64,000 bases of DNA from Epiperipatus broadwayi (taxonomy: Eukaryota > Animalia > Onychophora): positions 3,968,001-4,032,000 of the forward strand of contig JAQFVV010000011.1 of assembly GCA_028023455.1 (NCBI GenBank), given 5' to 3'. This document shows, one piece after another, positions 45,286 through 57,199 of this stretch. Under the pieces are notes generated by a model. The model worked only from the letters and a program-made list of their open reading frames with translations. It was not told where the DNA came from and ran no database searches. The position numbers and the translations under genes were made by a program. Positions within the stretch are counted from its first letter, which is position 1, and each line of letters begins with the position of its first letter.

Positions 45286-47087
45286 AGTGGTTTAATGATG
45301 TTACTTTTACATAGAGCTTTCAAGCTGCCAAATATATTGTTTGTAAATGAGATATGGATTCTCTAAAGTAATATAAATACTCCAAAATATTTATTTTAAA
45401 ATATTATGTAATATTCTGAATTTATGTTGAATGAGTTATTTCTTAGGTTAATGGATATGATGATATTAATTACGAATTAGGTATGGGAAGCAAATAAATA
45501 TTCATAGATAGTTATAGTAGTTAAAATATTTTATGATAAATCTGAGCATGGTTTTTTATAGGAGAAGAAAATACTATTTACATTATAAAAATTGTAAACA
45601 CTCTCAAAAGATACAATGTTAATTGCTTTTATTGAGAAAATATGGTTTAAGTATAGAATCATTGACTACAATTAGGAATTGTGGTGAAACTTTTCAGAAA
45701 GGAAATTTGGTAAAAGGTCAACTTTATAGAAGTTAAAAGGCGCATTGCAACCAGTGTATGATATAAGTAATCATATTTGTTCCTTGATTTATACAGTTAA
45801 AAGACTTTACTTTGAGCCATATTAGTTTGAAAGTGCTTGTATGGAACTAACATTTTGACTTTTAATTATGGAACAACAATCTGTAAAATATTATTATTGA
45901 AGTGTGTTTACATCTACATTCTTTAAAAAGATGTTTTGTATGAAGAAAGTGGTATATGATTCTTAATCTACACCAACCACTTCACATAACCTCTCATATC
46001 TTAGTCATATGAATCCAAAAACAGTTCTTTTCATTCTATTCTAGAACTAACTGTAAGCTTGATTAACCATTGAACACTAAATTGTATAGTGCTATAGAAA
46101 AGAAGAAAATTAGTAACAATTGAATTATAAAGCAGTTTACAGATTTTATCTACATCACTAAAAACTAGGTTTCAAAGCTGTAACTCATGTTCTCATGTAT
46201 CTAGAAGCTATGTTTTACTCCTTTATACTATTCAGACAAATAACTTGAAATTAAAAAAAAAAACAACTCATAGGCAGAATCACTTTTATAGCTATATAGA
46301 TTTGATATTTTAGAGATTTAGTAACGTAATTGTAGATTTTTTCTATTCTTTGACTAATAATATTAACACCAATAATGACAACCTTTCATGCACCTAAAGA
46401 CATTCAAGAGTAGTTATGTCACCCTATTCTAGATTCCCCTAGATTTCTGGCTGTTGCTTTTTAGATTATTACTTTTAAATTTAGATTATTAGCTTAAATA
46501 GCATGAAGGTGTAAAAAAAATCTGTTGGATTCATAAGTGCATTAATTCCAGATTTGAATCCTAGTCTTCACTGTTGAAGGCAAAATGCTAAATACCAATT
46601 GATCTGAAAACTATAACACTTTATTATCTGATATCCAGTGATCACTCTAGTTTACAGTAGATGTCGCTGGAATAGGGTAAAAAAATAACTCATCTTGATA
46701 ATCAATCTATGTATTATAGGAAAATTAAAGAACAGGTCATTTGAATTCACAGATGTAATGTCATTATTTCCAAAAATGTTAAGCTACAGTTTAATGCTTC
46801 TAGCAAAATGTGTTTATTAAAAAAAATAAGCATTTTGTTAAAGAAATATTGTCCATCAAAAAAAAACTCTCTGAGCTTTTGGAATCTAAAGGTTTAAGTG
46901 ACATATCAGGTTGGTATATTTGATAAAGTGAGTTTCTCTGAAACTTATCACTTGAGTCTTGCCTTTTCATAGTTCACACTTTGACTTTTACATAATGTTT
47001 TATATGCTAATTACATAAAAAAATTAATAGACATTCAAATGCTCTTATTCATAATATATTGCTGCTCTGTAAAAAAAAAAAATCATG

Positions 47088-47335
47088 GTTTTATTGTTCG
47101 GGAGTTCATAAGAAGTTCAAGCACCAAAACTGAAAGTGCCATAATTGGACTCCCAATCCCCAAGTTGGATGCTCTACCAACTACACTAAACCATACAGGG
47201 CAAAAGGTTAATGGCTTTGTTGCTCTAGAGTTCATAAGAAGTCTAAGCATCAGATCTGTGAGTGCCAGAATCAATCCTAGGACCTTCCAATTCCAAGTTG
47301 AACACTCTACCAACTGTGCCAAATCATGCAGTGTA
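47088..47335 (-). mobile_element. Two tandem tRNA-derived SINE-like units (family D)
   Basis: Minus strand GTGTAGTTGGTAGAGCATCCAACTTGGGATTGGGAGTCC and GGCACAGTTGGTAGAGTGTTCAACTTGGAATTGGAAGGTCCTAGGATTGATTC, each followed by ACTTCTTATGAACTC. Confidence 0.7.
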
Positions 47336-47373
47336 CTATTCTGTAATACCACTAAATATCACATGATCAAAGC

Positions 47374-47415
47374 TCCTCACTAACGAAAGCCACAAGCTAG
47401 AAACTAGTCTGGGGA
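47374..47415 (+). ncRNA. Hammerhead-like motif, family A (core CTAACGA)
   Basis: TCCTCA-CTAACGA-A-AGC-CACAA-GCT-A-GAAA-CTA-GTC-TGGGGA. Confidence 0.5.
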
Positions 47416-47555
47416 TATATCATCAAACTTCACATGATCACCATTCTTTTGGCTTACACAATCTGTTTTTCACAGAGACAAAACTCTCTGTTCAGTAGCT
47501 CCCCTCAGTGAAAACCAGAGTAATCAATGGATGCAGGAAAGTTTGTGCATAAAAT

Positions 47556-47597
47556 CCCTCACTGATGAAAGCCACAAGCTAGAAACTAGTCTGGGGA
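47556..47597 (+). ncRNA. Best-preserved family A hammerhead-like motif
   Basis: CCCTCA-CTGATGA-A-AGC-CACAA-GCT-A-GAAA-CTA-GTC-TGGGGA. The core, GUC triplet, stem I and palindromic ACTAGT stem III are intact. There is one extra nucleotide on each side of stem II. Confidence 0.62.
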
Positions 47598-47749
47598 TAT
47601 TGGATGAGTAGGCACTAGATAGGAATTTTGTGTACAAACCTTTCTGCATCCATTGATTACTCTGTTTTGCTCTGAGTGGCACTATTGCATGAAGAGTTTT
47701 GCCTATGTGAAGGAAAATTGTTACTGCAATAAGAAAAAATGGTGAAACT

Positions 47750-48330
47750 ATTATTAAAAAAGGAGATATCATTTGAAGAGTTCTATAAAGAGTTATATAG
47801 TAATAAAAAACAAGAAAACAATGCATTTTCTACAATTATTACATATTTTAAATTGTCAAGTATTTTAAATGAAGATGGGAGAAATGCAATTAAATCAATG
47901 AAGAATAGAAAAGCTCTAGAAAATAATGGAATTATTATTTGATATTTTGAACAAAGAAGTTGAAGAAATATGAAATTATTGACAAAGTTATACTATGAAA
48001 TGTCTAAATCAAAAAAAATGTGTCAGATTATAGAAAGAATGCAGTAATAATATAGATAGTTAGAAAAGATAATAAGAAGATATTATATATTACAGAACTA
48101 TCAATCTTTTATCAGTTCTATATAAAATCTTTACCAAAATAATTACACCTTATCTACAGCAAACTGGATTCTGATGAACCTAAAGAACAAGCTGGAAGGA
48201 AACATAGTTTTATCACAATATATCACATTAATTTAAGTATTGAGAGAAGTTATAAAAAGAACTAATAAATATAAGTTACTATTATGCTTTGGAATTATAG
48301 ATTATGAAAAAAAATTTGATCTCATAGGCA
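47750..48330 (+). mobile_element. RTE-like LINE reverse-transcriptase N-terminal fragment
   Basis: FEEFYKELYS, NAIKSMKNRKALENNGI (AIKxMKNxKAPGxDGI), LDSDEPKEQAG and IDYEKKFD (DYEKAFD) occur in the correct order with frameshifts. Confidence 0.8.
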
Positions 48331-48453
48331 TTTCCATCAACTTATCTTTCTTTATACATTGTTAAAATTATAAAAAGTCAAACAAATCAACATTTCCTTT
48401 TACTATTCCAATGCTTATTTTATTAAATTAAAATTAATCCATATTTTTGTAAC

Positions 48454-48850
48454 TCTTGAGCTGAGGCAGTTGGTTTTTATTAGCTATTGTTCTAGTTTGA
48501 ATGCTTTCTAATTGAGTAACTAAAAATGGATAACCCCACACATTAAATATTTCCATCTAAAACATCCATTAAAAATATTACATTACATATCCTGCCTATA
48601 GAGACTTACTTATAATAAGTAAAAAAAATAAAGTTTGCTTTACTTCAATTTTTTACACTATAAATGTGCTTTAATCTCTATATTAGATCTATAGTGGCAG
48701 TCAAAAGAGGATCATCCTTTTGAATGCAATCAGTCTGACAGTTTCACTTTAATTCTTGGCCTGAGACAGATGGCTTTCATTAACTATTGTTCTAGCTTGA
48801 GTGCTTTCTAATTGAGTAATTATAAATGGAGAACTCTACACATTAAATAT

Positions 48851-48855
<5 letters not shown>
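48454..48855. repeat. Two ~100-bp direct repeats spaced 300 bp apart
   Basis: TCTTG..CTGAG.CAG.TGG.TTT.ATTA.CTATTGTTCTAG.TTGA.TGCTTTCTAATTGAGTAA...CACATTAAATATTT at 48454 and 48754. Confidence 0.85.

Positions 48856-48907
<52 letters not shown>
48856..48907. repeat. (AT)n microsatellite
   Basis: Read directly from the sequence. A shorter (AT)n also lies at ~24246-24269. Confidence 0.95.
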
Positions 48908-48912
<5 letters not shown>

Positions 48913-49789
48913 ATCTTTTCATGAGTGAAATTAAATAGTAATTCTTAAGTTTCTACATAATTTATATCTATTGTAAACCATAGGACCAATTTTTAAAATC
49001 ATCTTTTTTTCATACATTTTTTTCATTCTAATGTTCATTACATCTTTTATGAATTTTTAATTCCCAAATATGAAGATTGTCCTACTTCTATATTTTGTTT
49101 TTATTCTATTTTTAATTTCTAATTTATTAATAAATCATTATTTTTTATTTTCTTAACTAAATTTAATATCCATATTCTTCCTTTATATATATATACTGTA
49201 ACACTAGCAAGGTATATGTTATAAAACACATATATCTGTGTTACATAGTTCATAATTTAAAAATATATGATCAAATTTATTTGAAAGAATAGTTAAAGAA
49301 GTAATTAGTTAAAAGATAGTTTTTAAAATGTAAATTTGTAAAAGTAAAAGATTGTGTATGTTTTTCTTTTAATAAAGAATGAAACTTTTTTTGAGAATGG
49401 GGTGGGAAAAAGAATTAGAAAAAAAAATTACAAATGTACTCTCCTTTTTATAAATAAAAGAATAAGTTAAAAGAATAAATAACTAAAAATAAATTTTAGT
49501 AAAAATCTAAAGTGAAAAAGATTAATTAATTAGTGAAAGCAAACTTTTGAATGCCAGTAAAAAATTTCCTGGATGATAATGATATTGAAATTGTAATAAT
49601 TAAAAACTATGTAAGCTATCTCTTTGGGATAAAAGCAAGAGTTGGAAGATTAATCTAGAAAAAAGATTAAAGAAAACATTAAAATCAATTAAATTAAAGA
49701 AATATAAAATTAATTAAAAGACAGATTCAAGTTAAGATAAAAATTAACTAAGAACAATGGGAGAGATATATATAAAAAGTCACAACTGT

Positions 49790-50220
49790 CTATTGTTAGG
49801 GATTCTGACCTTCATTTTATGATTCAATTATTCTGCTCTTGAGTCTGTAAGTCATTCCAGTCTTCATGCTGTTATTGATTCAGTATGTTATTCAGTTATC
49901 TGGAGATTCAGAAATCTAAGGACAGAATAGAACCAGTCATTACTGCTGTGGACAATATTATTGCAGAAGCCACAGAACTAGCAACATGTGTTGCTAGACT
50001 GTCTTAAAAGTGTTTAATTGGCTCCATGCCCCAAGTCCTTTGTCAAAATTGACTGTCCACACCTGGAACCAATGCCCTGAACCAATGCTTAAGTTGTAAG
50101 ATAGATGCTGCTGCTACTCTCTCTCCCATTGTTGAGCTAAAGGATAGAATACAAGACTTGAAACCATTGATGGAGACCAAAAAGCCAACTGGTTGGAAAT
50201 TGACAATCATAAAAACCCAG
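49790..50220 (+). pseudogene. Possible SGNH/esterase-like LINE ORF1 remnant
   Basis: IVRDSDL (GDS-like), then one frame with two stops: YLEIQKSK...RLS*KCLIGSMPQVLCQN*LSTPGTNALNQCL...IKTQ, resembling the V.GP.PR...LN.WL block. The resemblance is weak. Confidence 0.33.
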
Positions 50221-53200
50221 GTAAATATATTTTGATCACTGTCTATAAACACTTTATATTTTCTAAATAAAATGAAACTTTAATGAAGGACTATTATAAA
50301 ATTTAGCCTGAGTAATCACTTATATATATTTTACATGTAAATTTCCATAATATTATGTTATATTAAATATGTGTGTATGAATAAATATTAATGTTTGCTT
50401 AATTATTATTTGGTCTATTCTCTCTCTCTTGTCATTGCATCACCATTTAGTTAAAGATATAAATGCTTATATGTGTTGAGTTAATGTATGGGATCCTCAG
50501 ATTAGGCATAGGAGCTAGCTTGGGATATTTCAAGCATTGGTTAGTGTATCTGTCACCTGAGCATGCTGGCTATATAACATATATATGGTCTGCTGGTGCC
50601 TGAGTTTGATACTCAAAACAAATAAAATGCTTTGGATGGTAGGTTTTTGTTTCAGCAATCAAGATGAGATGCAGTTTAGAAATGTGGACATATTATACTT
50701 TGTATAGCTCAATCTGGCTGTGGATATTATTAATGGTTGTACTATCAATGGTATTCTCCCCTCTGATTGAAGGGCTGGTTTATTCCTATAGTTTAGAGAT
50801 ATAATTGATTAATAGCATAAAGAAATGATAAATATAAAAGATATTGTTAAATAAATAATGTTATAAAAGATATAAAAATAATATTTACCCAGAAGAAATA
50901 TGTAATGAAACTATTAAAGTTTAAATTCCAAAAGAGAAATAGTTATATTAAAAAGTGTTTAAACCCAGCAAGAATAAGGTTTAATCCCATTATTTACAGG
51001 AACCTAGTTCAATATATTGTAATGGCATTGGATCAGGGGATGAACCTGGGATGATGGGATTCATCATCAACCCCAGTTACTACAAAATTTAAATACAAAG
51101 GGATTGATAATGAGCATGAGAGAAGAATGAGAAATATGAGATATCAACATAAAACTAACTATCAGTTCACCAGCATTACATAAAGTCAATAATCATTCAT
51201 TATCATGAATAATCTACAATACGAATAAATCAGCTGCCAATATTGTGACTGGATTTGAAAAGCATCCACTATAGACCAGGCTAATTATTTAACTCTTGCT
51301 AACTTGGGGGCAGATTATTTAAACATTAATTTGGATGCATAAACTTAAGAGCTAATCCATAAAAATATAACAAAAATAATGTCAAGCTGAAACATGCTGA
51401 TCATCACCCAATGCTCTAGCCAATTAGTACCATTAATTTATTGTCCATATAAACTTAATTTCTAACAAATATTAAACTAAACAAAATGTAGTTCATGGAC
51501 TTTAAAGGATATCATTTTTGGATCAACCAGGATTATCATCAGCTGGATGTCTGTAAACATTAGATATAAACCTGTTTTATATAACAGACCATTGTACATG
51601 AATCCATCTTAGTGAACAAAATCTCTATAAGTGCCACCATGAACAAAAGATATAATACAAACATATAATATATTAAATCTATTTAGCATTGAGTAAATTC
51701 ATTGGAATAACTTTAACAATGAAATATATCAATTTATTAATAACAATTAAAATAAAATTAAGATCTGCAGAATACAACTATATATACAACTTAAGTCATG
51801 ATTTCAATTAATACCAAAAGAAATCTACTACTACAGTGTAATTTATAGATAGATCTGAATAGGTTACATAAAATATTCATATATAAGCACACAGATGTGC
51901 CTGTATAATATAAAATGAACATATTTGAATTTCATATAATAAAAATTATTTTTATAATAGATAATTAATGGCTAATTTAACATAATAATACATAATTAAT
52001 GACTGATTTAACATATATCTGTGTGTGCATAAAATATGTACACACACTGATGTTTATATTATATATTTTAATTTTTCAAAATAACAAATTTATTAAAAAT
52101 ATTAGTTTTCACAATATACAATTAATTAAATGTCAAAAAACATAAAATGCACACTGTATAAGCACTCAGATTTGTTGTATAATAATTTCAAAAATAACAT
52201 GTTCAAATTGTCATAGACTTATAAAAAAATTCAATTCATTTTAATAACACACAAATGCACACATATAACATGTGTTTATATAAGAAATACTATGAATGAA
52301 AGTTATTAACTCATTCATTGTCTAATGGTAAAAAAAATACTTTTTACTTTTGAAAAAAATATATTAATACTTTGGCAGTTCTTCATAAAAGTTTTTTTAA
52401 CAGGTTACTCTGGATTCATTATAAACATCTCTAAATATACTCTAGCAAGTTCTTTTATTCCCTAATCTAGAAGGTTTTTTGGAGTTTTTCTCCAATAAAA
52501 TATACCAAAAAATGCATCTTCTTTTTTATTGAATAAAGTTATTTACATAAAAAAGAATTTGTAATTAAAAAAATTACAACTGTCATTTTCACTAAAAAAA
52601 TTATTTAAAATAATTCACGTTAGGTTTTATATATATGATGCAGTACCTTTATCTTTGCCTCTCTGCATATAGTTAAAACAATATATGCATAAAATAATTC
52701 TTCAGCAAGCTGATGGGTTCTCTGGGTAAGATGTTCCCTTTAAAAACAGTAGACTGGCTTGTTGTCATCTTTGAGAGATATAATTTGGAAACTGTTGGAA
52801 TTCCATCAATTTCATTTAGTCTAGAATTTGATAGAATTCAGGCCTATTGGCTAGTACACAATATATATGGCCTAATAAACCACAGAAAATCTAGCCTTTT
52901 TCTCATGTGAATCCAAACTCCACCATAATGAACTAGTAGCAGTAGCTGAACTTGCACTGCCTTTTGTGTTCAGTTATAATTTCATGGTCCTCTTGTTGTC
53001 ATAATCTGTAAAACTCTAACAAAAACTCCCCTATAATCCATTTTCAAACCTTTTTATAGTCAGAGTGGAAAAAATACAGTAATTAAAAATTAAGTTTTTT
53101 TTATCTTGATTGAAAAAAGTTAATGACTCTTTTTAGTTCATTTTAATCCTTTTAAAAACAACTTTGTAGCATTTTATCAAAATATGTTATAAAAGTTTTA

Positions 53201-53485
53201 ATTAAAAAAATTTAATCTAATCAAAATAGTGAAATTTTGTAGTTACCAGTATATCAATTTTAACATAAAAACAAACTTGTTCTAATTTCAAAATCAAAAT
53301 TAATAAAATATTAACTAGACCTTTTTAAATGTTTAATTCATAAAAAAATTTTTTTTCAAAATTATTTAATCCTTTTATAGATATTTTCTATATTCCAGTG
53401 TAATATAGAAAATATCCATAAAAATTTGTCTGTGTTTATTGCTACTTCTCCTTTCAACTTTATATATGCATATGTAATCACATTC

Positions 53486-53646
53486 ATATCGGCTTTTTTT
53501 CCAAACCAAATTGTGCAAACGCTTTTTGCGAGTGTTAAATAATAAATGAATAACCTCTGACCTTGTATGGGTCAGAGGTTATTCATTTATTATTTAACAC
53601 TCGCAAAAAGCGTTTGCACAATTCGGTTTGGAAAAAAAGCCGATAT
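53486..53646. mobile_element. Young near-perfect foldback/MITE (77-bp arms, 7-nt loop)
   Basis: ATATCGGCTTTTTTTCCAAACCAAATTGTGCAAACGCTTTTTGCGAGTGTTAAATAATAAATGAATAACCTCTGACC, loop TTGTATG, then the reverse complement with one mismatch. CpGs are retained. Confidence 0.9.
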
Positions 53647-54149
53647 TAAGTAACACATTCATCTCTTCTTTTTCATTAACAAACAAAAGCATATCATACC
53701 AATAAGGGATATCATGTGACTTTCTCATATGCTCACAAGAACAATCCCCTAGAGCCAGCTATTGTAAACCTATTAATGAACAGCACTAGATGGCATGATG
53801 CTATAATATCCCTATCTTTACACTGGTTTCTAAATTTTGCCTTCATCAGTGAGAGCTAGGATTTAAAACTAGAACAAAGAGCTGATTATGAAAAATTATT
53901 TAAACAATCTATCCTTTGATTAATTTTATTGCTTGAAGAACTGGAATAGTTTTTTCCCATCCCCAGAAACTTTTTGGCCTAACCTAATATTGAATATTTT
54001 TTGTCACTGTTTTGTACAGAAATTGGTTAGCTATACTTTTAAAATATTTAGGCTGATTAAATATGGAATTTCACCATAATCTTCTAAGTGGTTACAGGCT
54101 GCAAACAAATTATTTCATTCAGAAATTATTCTCAAAGTTGTTCAAATAT

Positions 54150-54870
54150 TCTTATCTTTGAGAATTGATTAACATGATTGTGACATCATTGTTACACACT
54201 GGTTCTGCATTGCCATAATGCCTCTTATTTTGATTTATTATCCATATGAGTTCCCATCTATGTCATGCCATACATAGTTTATTCATTTTTTACATTATTC
54301 ACTGTGCAATTTTTTTTTATCTTCCTCTGACCTGTCTCAATTTTCTCCAGCCAATGGATGACTGCTGTTTTGTACAGTTTAATTTATACTTCCATTTCCT
54401 CTCATCTCTCTGATATTTTCCTCATTGCTAATTTTTATATTGTACATATTTACTGTTACTTTGTCTATGCTTTCTTGAATATTTGCCATTGTTTTCTTAC
54501 TTTCCTTTTTAAACTCTATTATTTGAAATTCTATTTTCTCCATTTTCTTCATCTGTTCAAATCTTCCTTCCCAATTTTGAGACAAATTTCTACTATTATT
54601 TGCCTTTCCACCTTTACTTCTTTCAATTTCTTAACAGAACTTGATGATTCTCCTTCATAGCTTGTCAATTTTTCTTCATGCCTTTCTACTTTTTTTTTAC
54701 TCTTCTTAATCATTGCTTCCACTTTTTGTATCATTTTCATTACCATTTCCATATTAAAATTTGTCTTTGAATTTTTTATCTCTTTATGTTTTCTACTATG
54801 GTGAATATTGGCATCAACTGTTTCAAGAATTTCTGCCTCGTCATCCATTCTTATTTCTTTTTTGTCCATA
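54150..54870 (-). pseudogene. Coiled-coil ORF remnant, probably a LINE ORF1 N-terminus
   Basis: Overlapping K/E-rich heptad ORFs 54549..54869 and 54379..54585 are followed by LEKIETGQRKIKKNC, loosely like the ORF1 ExxSRRNN motif. Confidence 0.4.
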
Positions 54871-56412
54871 ACTTTTATTTATATCCTTTTTCTTTATCTT
54901 TAGATAGTGTTAACATTTATTTCTCATTTGTTGTAGTATTCTTCATATAATAAAATTATTATTATGTTTATATATGTGTATATATTTTAATGCTATTTTT
55001 ATTAAATAATGCACTAAAACTATGGTTATATTCATTTTTTACTTACAACCCATGCTTATCATTCTTTGTTTTTCATTTTTTTCCATCTTCCTTGCTGATT
55101 AACCAGATTTACTACCTTTATTTTTTACAACTTTTCTTTCTATATTTAGGGCCACTCTCAAGCTTTACTCATAATTCAGACCACATATTGTTGTCACCAT
55201 TTATCTACTGGAAACTTAATCCAATGATTATAGAAATGGTGTCTCTGCTGATGACTCATATACATACTTACATTAACTCACAGATAAATACTTTTGGTAT
55301 ATAAACAAATTATACCAAAATCAGTATGCAAACAAGTTTAACAAAGATTAATTGTAATTTGAATTTGATTAATTATATTTAATTAGAAGTAATATTGATA
55401 ATGATGATTAAAATTTACATCACTTATGTCATAGCTTCTTGTAAGCTACCCAGTTGATATCAAATGATCTCTCAGGGAGTCTCATTTAAGATTTTTCCAT
55501 GTGTTTATTTGAACATACATAGTTTGAACTCCATTGGCTCCATTTTAGGACACCATTTTTTCTAAGAAAGAATATCTGTCAATATGTTACTCTCTGGTAG
55601 CACCATTACAGTTTTCTTGGTGAAAATTCCATTTTACTTTAGCTCAGAATATGCCTTTGTGATAAACTAATGAGAGAGAAAACATAGATAACTAAATAAT
55701 TTCAATAACAAAACTAATTTATTTCAGATAATCTCAGTTGTACTCAAATTACACATAACATTATTATTTTATAAATAAATAACAAATCAATAGACAGAGA
55801 AAAAATAATAATACTAAAGATTAAATATAAACGCATCTTTATATAAAATATCAAGTTACTCTGCTCTATTAGTACTCATAAACAATCAAACAAACAAATA
55901 ATAATTATAACAATCCTTATACACCAAAAATTATAGTCATAAAAATATCTAGTTAAGGTTTCTTATTATTATATATATAAATTTAAAAAGATCTTACCAC
56001 ATCTTTTTTTTTAAAGAAATTCATTAAGTTTGCTAGATAGATTGATCAGTTCATGTCTTTGGTGTCATATAAAATTAGTCGAAATTGCTTAACTGATTTA
56101 AGTTGAAACCTTCTAAATATATGTTATACAATTGCAGGCAAAGAGAAGCAATTCTTCCACGAGCAACTAAACTATATTTCATCTCTTCTTCATCTTTGGA
56201 CTACTTATAGACCTTTTTACAAAAATAGTATAACAAAACTGTTCAGGCTCCAAATGATAAATTGATTAGTTAAGATATCATTTTTGTTACTTTTTGTGTA
56301 CAAACTCCAATATTCTGTACTAAAAAATACTTTTATCACAATATTCTTAGATGATAAATAATGCTCATTAATTTAGAACTGAAGTCTGTTCATGTTTTGA
56401 TGGATTCCTTAA

Positions 56413-56622
56413 TTTTATAAAACTGTAGAATGTTGATGGGGTGCATTTAGACTTTAGGTATATGTTATTATCTTTCTCCTTTCTTTTTATACAACCTGTC
56501 TAGAACTGGAGTCTGTCCATGTTTCAATGAACTCTGAATTTTATAAGCTATATAATGTTGGTGATGTGCATTTAGACTCCCCACAGATGTTATTATCTTT
56601 CTCCTCTTCTTTCTTTTTATAT
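56413..56622. repeat. Diverged direct repeat, ~126-bp period
   Basis: TTTTATAA...AATGTTG...GTGCATTTAGACT...ATGTTATTATCTTTCTCCT...TTCTTTTTATA at 56413 and 56539. Confidence 0.8.
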
Positions 56623-57199
56623 AGCCTTTGCCTGAAGAAAAAACCCTTACCCATTATGTCTTTGCTTATTTTCTTTCTTGTTTTTAATCTTGTTTTTTCT
56701 TTACCTGGCTATTTACCACTAATCTGTTTTTTTTCTTTTTCTAGTGGTTTAACCACCAATATGTTGCTTTTTCTTCCTTTATCCTGCAATTATCCTTAAT
56801 TAATTATTTTTTGATTGAATTTAGCTTTGATTAAATTATTTCACAAATTTCTTCTTCTATGAATGTATTTTATTTTATTTAAAATAAATAATCATTTATC
56901 AATCAAGAGAACCTTTTTTTCTACATGACTTTTCTTCTTTCATTATATTCTAAAATGGTTAGTTACTTCTATATTTAAGCTTGATTAATTGAAAAGGGTT
57001 TGTAATATACATAATACCAGAATTATTCTAGTACATATCATTACAATATTCAATTCAAGTTAACAACAGTAGCATGATGTCAGTCAATTCAAGCATTACC
57101 ATTTTTAGCTGCACTGTTTAAACTAAGCTATAATTAACTGAAAATAGGCCTCTTCAAAAACATTCTGTAAACGTTATTTATTTATGGATAATCAGTGCT

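Larger units (their letters stand above)
47365..47710. mobile_element. Family A composite: isolated HHR segment plus a tail-out inverted pair
   Basis: HHR motifs at 47374-47415 and 47556-47597 (both +). 47420-47555 is the inverted family A tail. Confidence 0.85.

Noticed and set aside
45500-45900. Further RT-like fragment
   Set aside because: There is only a loose resemblance to the GxRQG region and no intact motif.
21319-47710. Family A as a CRISPR-like array or a conventional MITE
   Set aside because: Copies are dispersed rather than regularly spaced and the context is eukaryotic. The centres vary, single-arm copies exist, and no constant TSD was seen.
53825-53865. Additional family A-like HHR (minus strand CTCA-CTGATGA-AGGC...AGAAACCAGT)
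   Set aside because: The stem II 3' arm, cleavage site and stem I are not preserved, so it was not counted.
56140-56200. QREAILPRATKLYFI as a dynein heavy-chain-like exon
   Set aside because: The resemblance is superficial, a stop follows quickly, and no neighbouring dynein exons are present.
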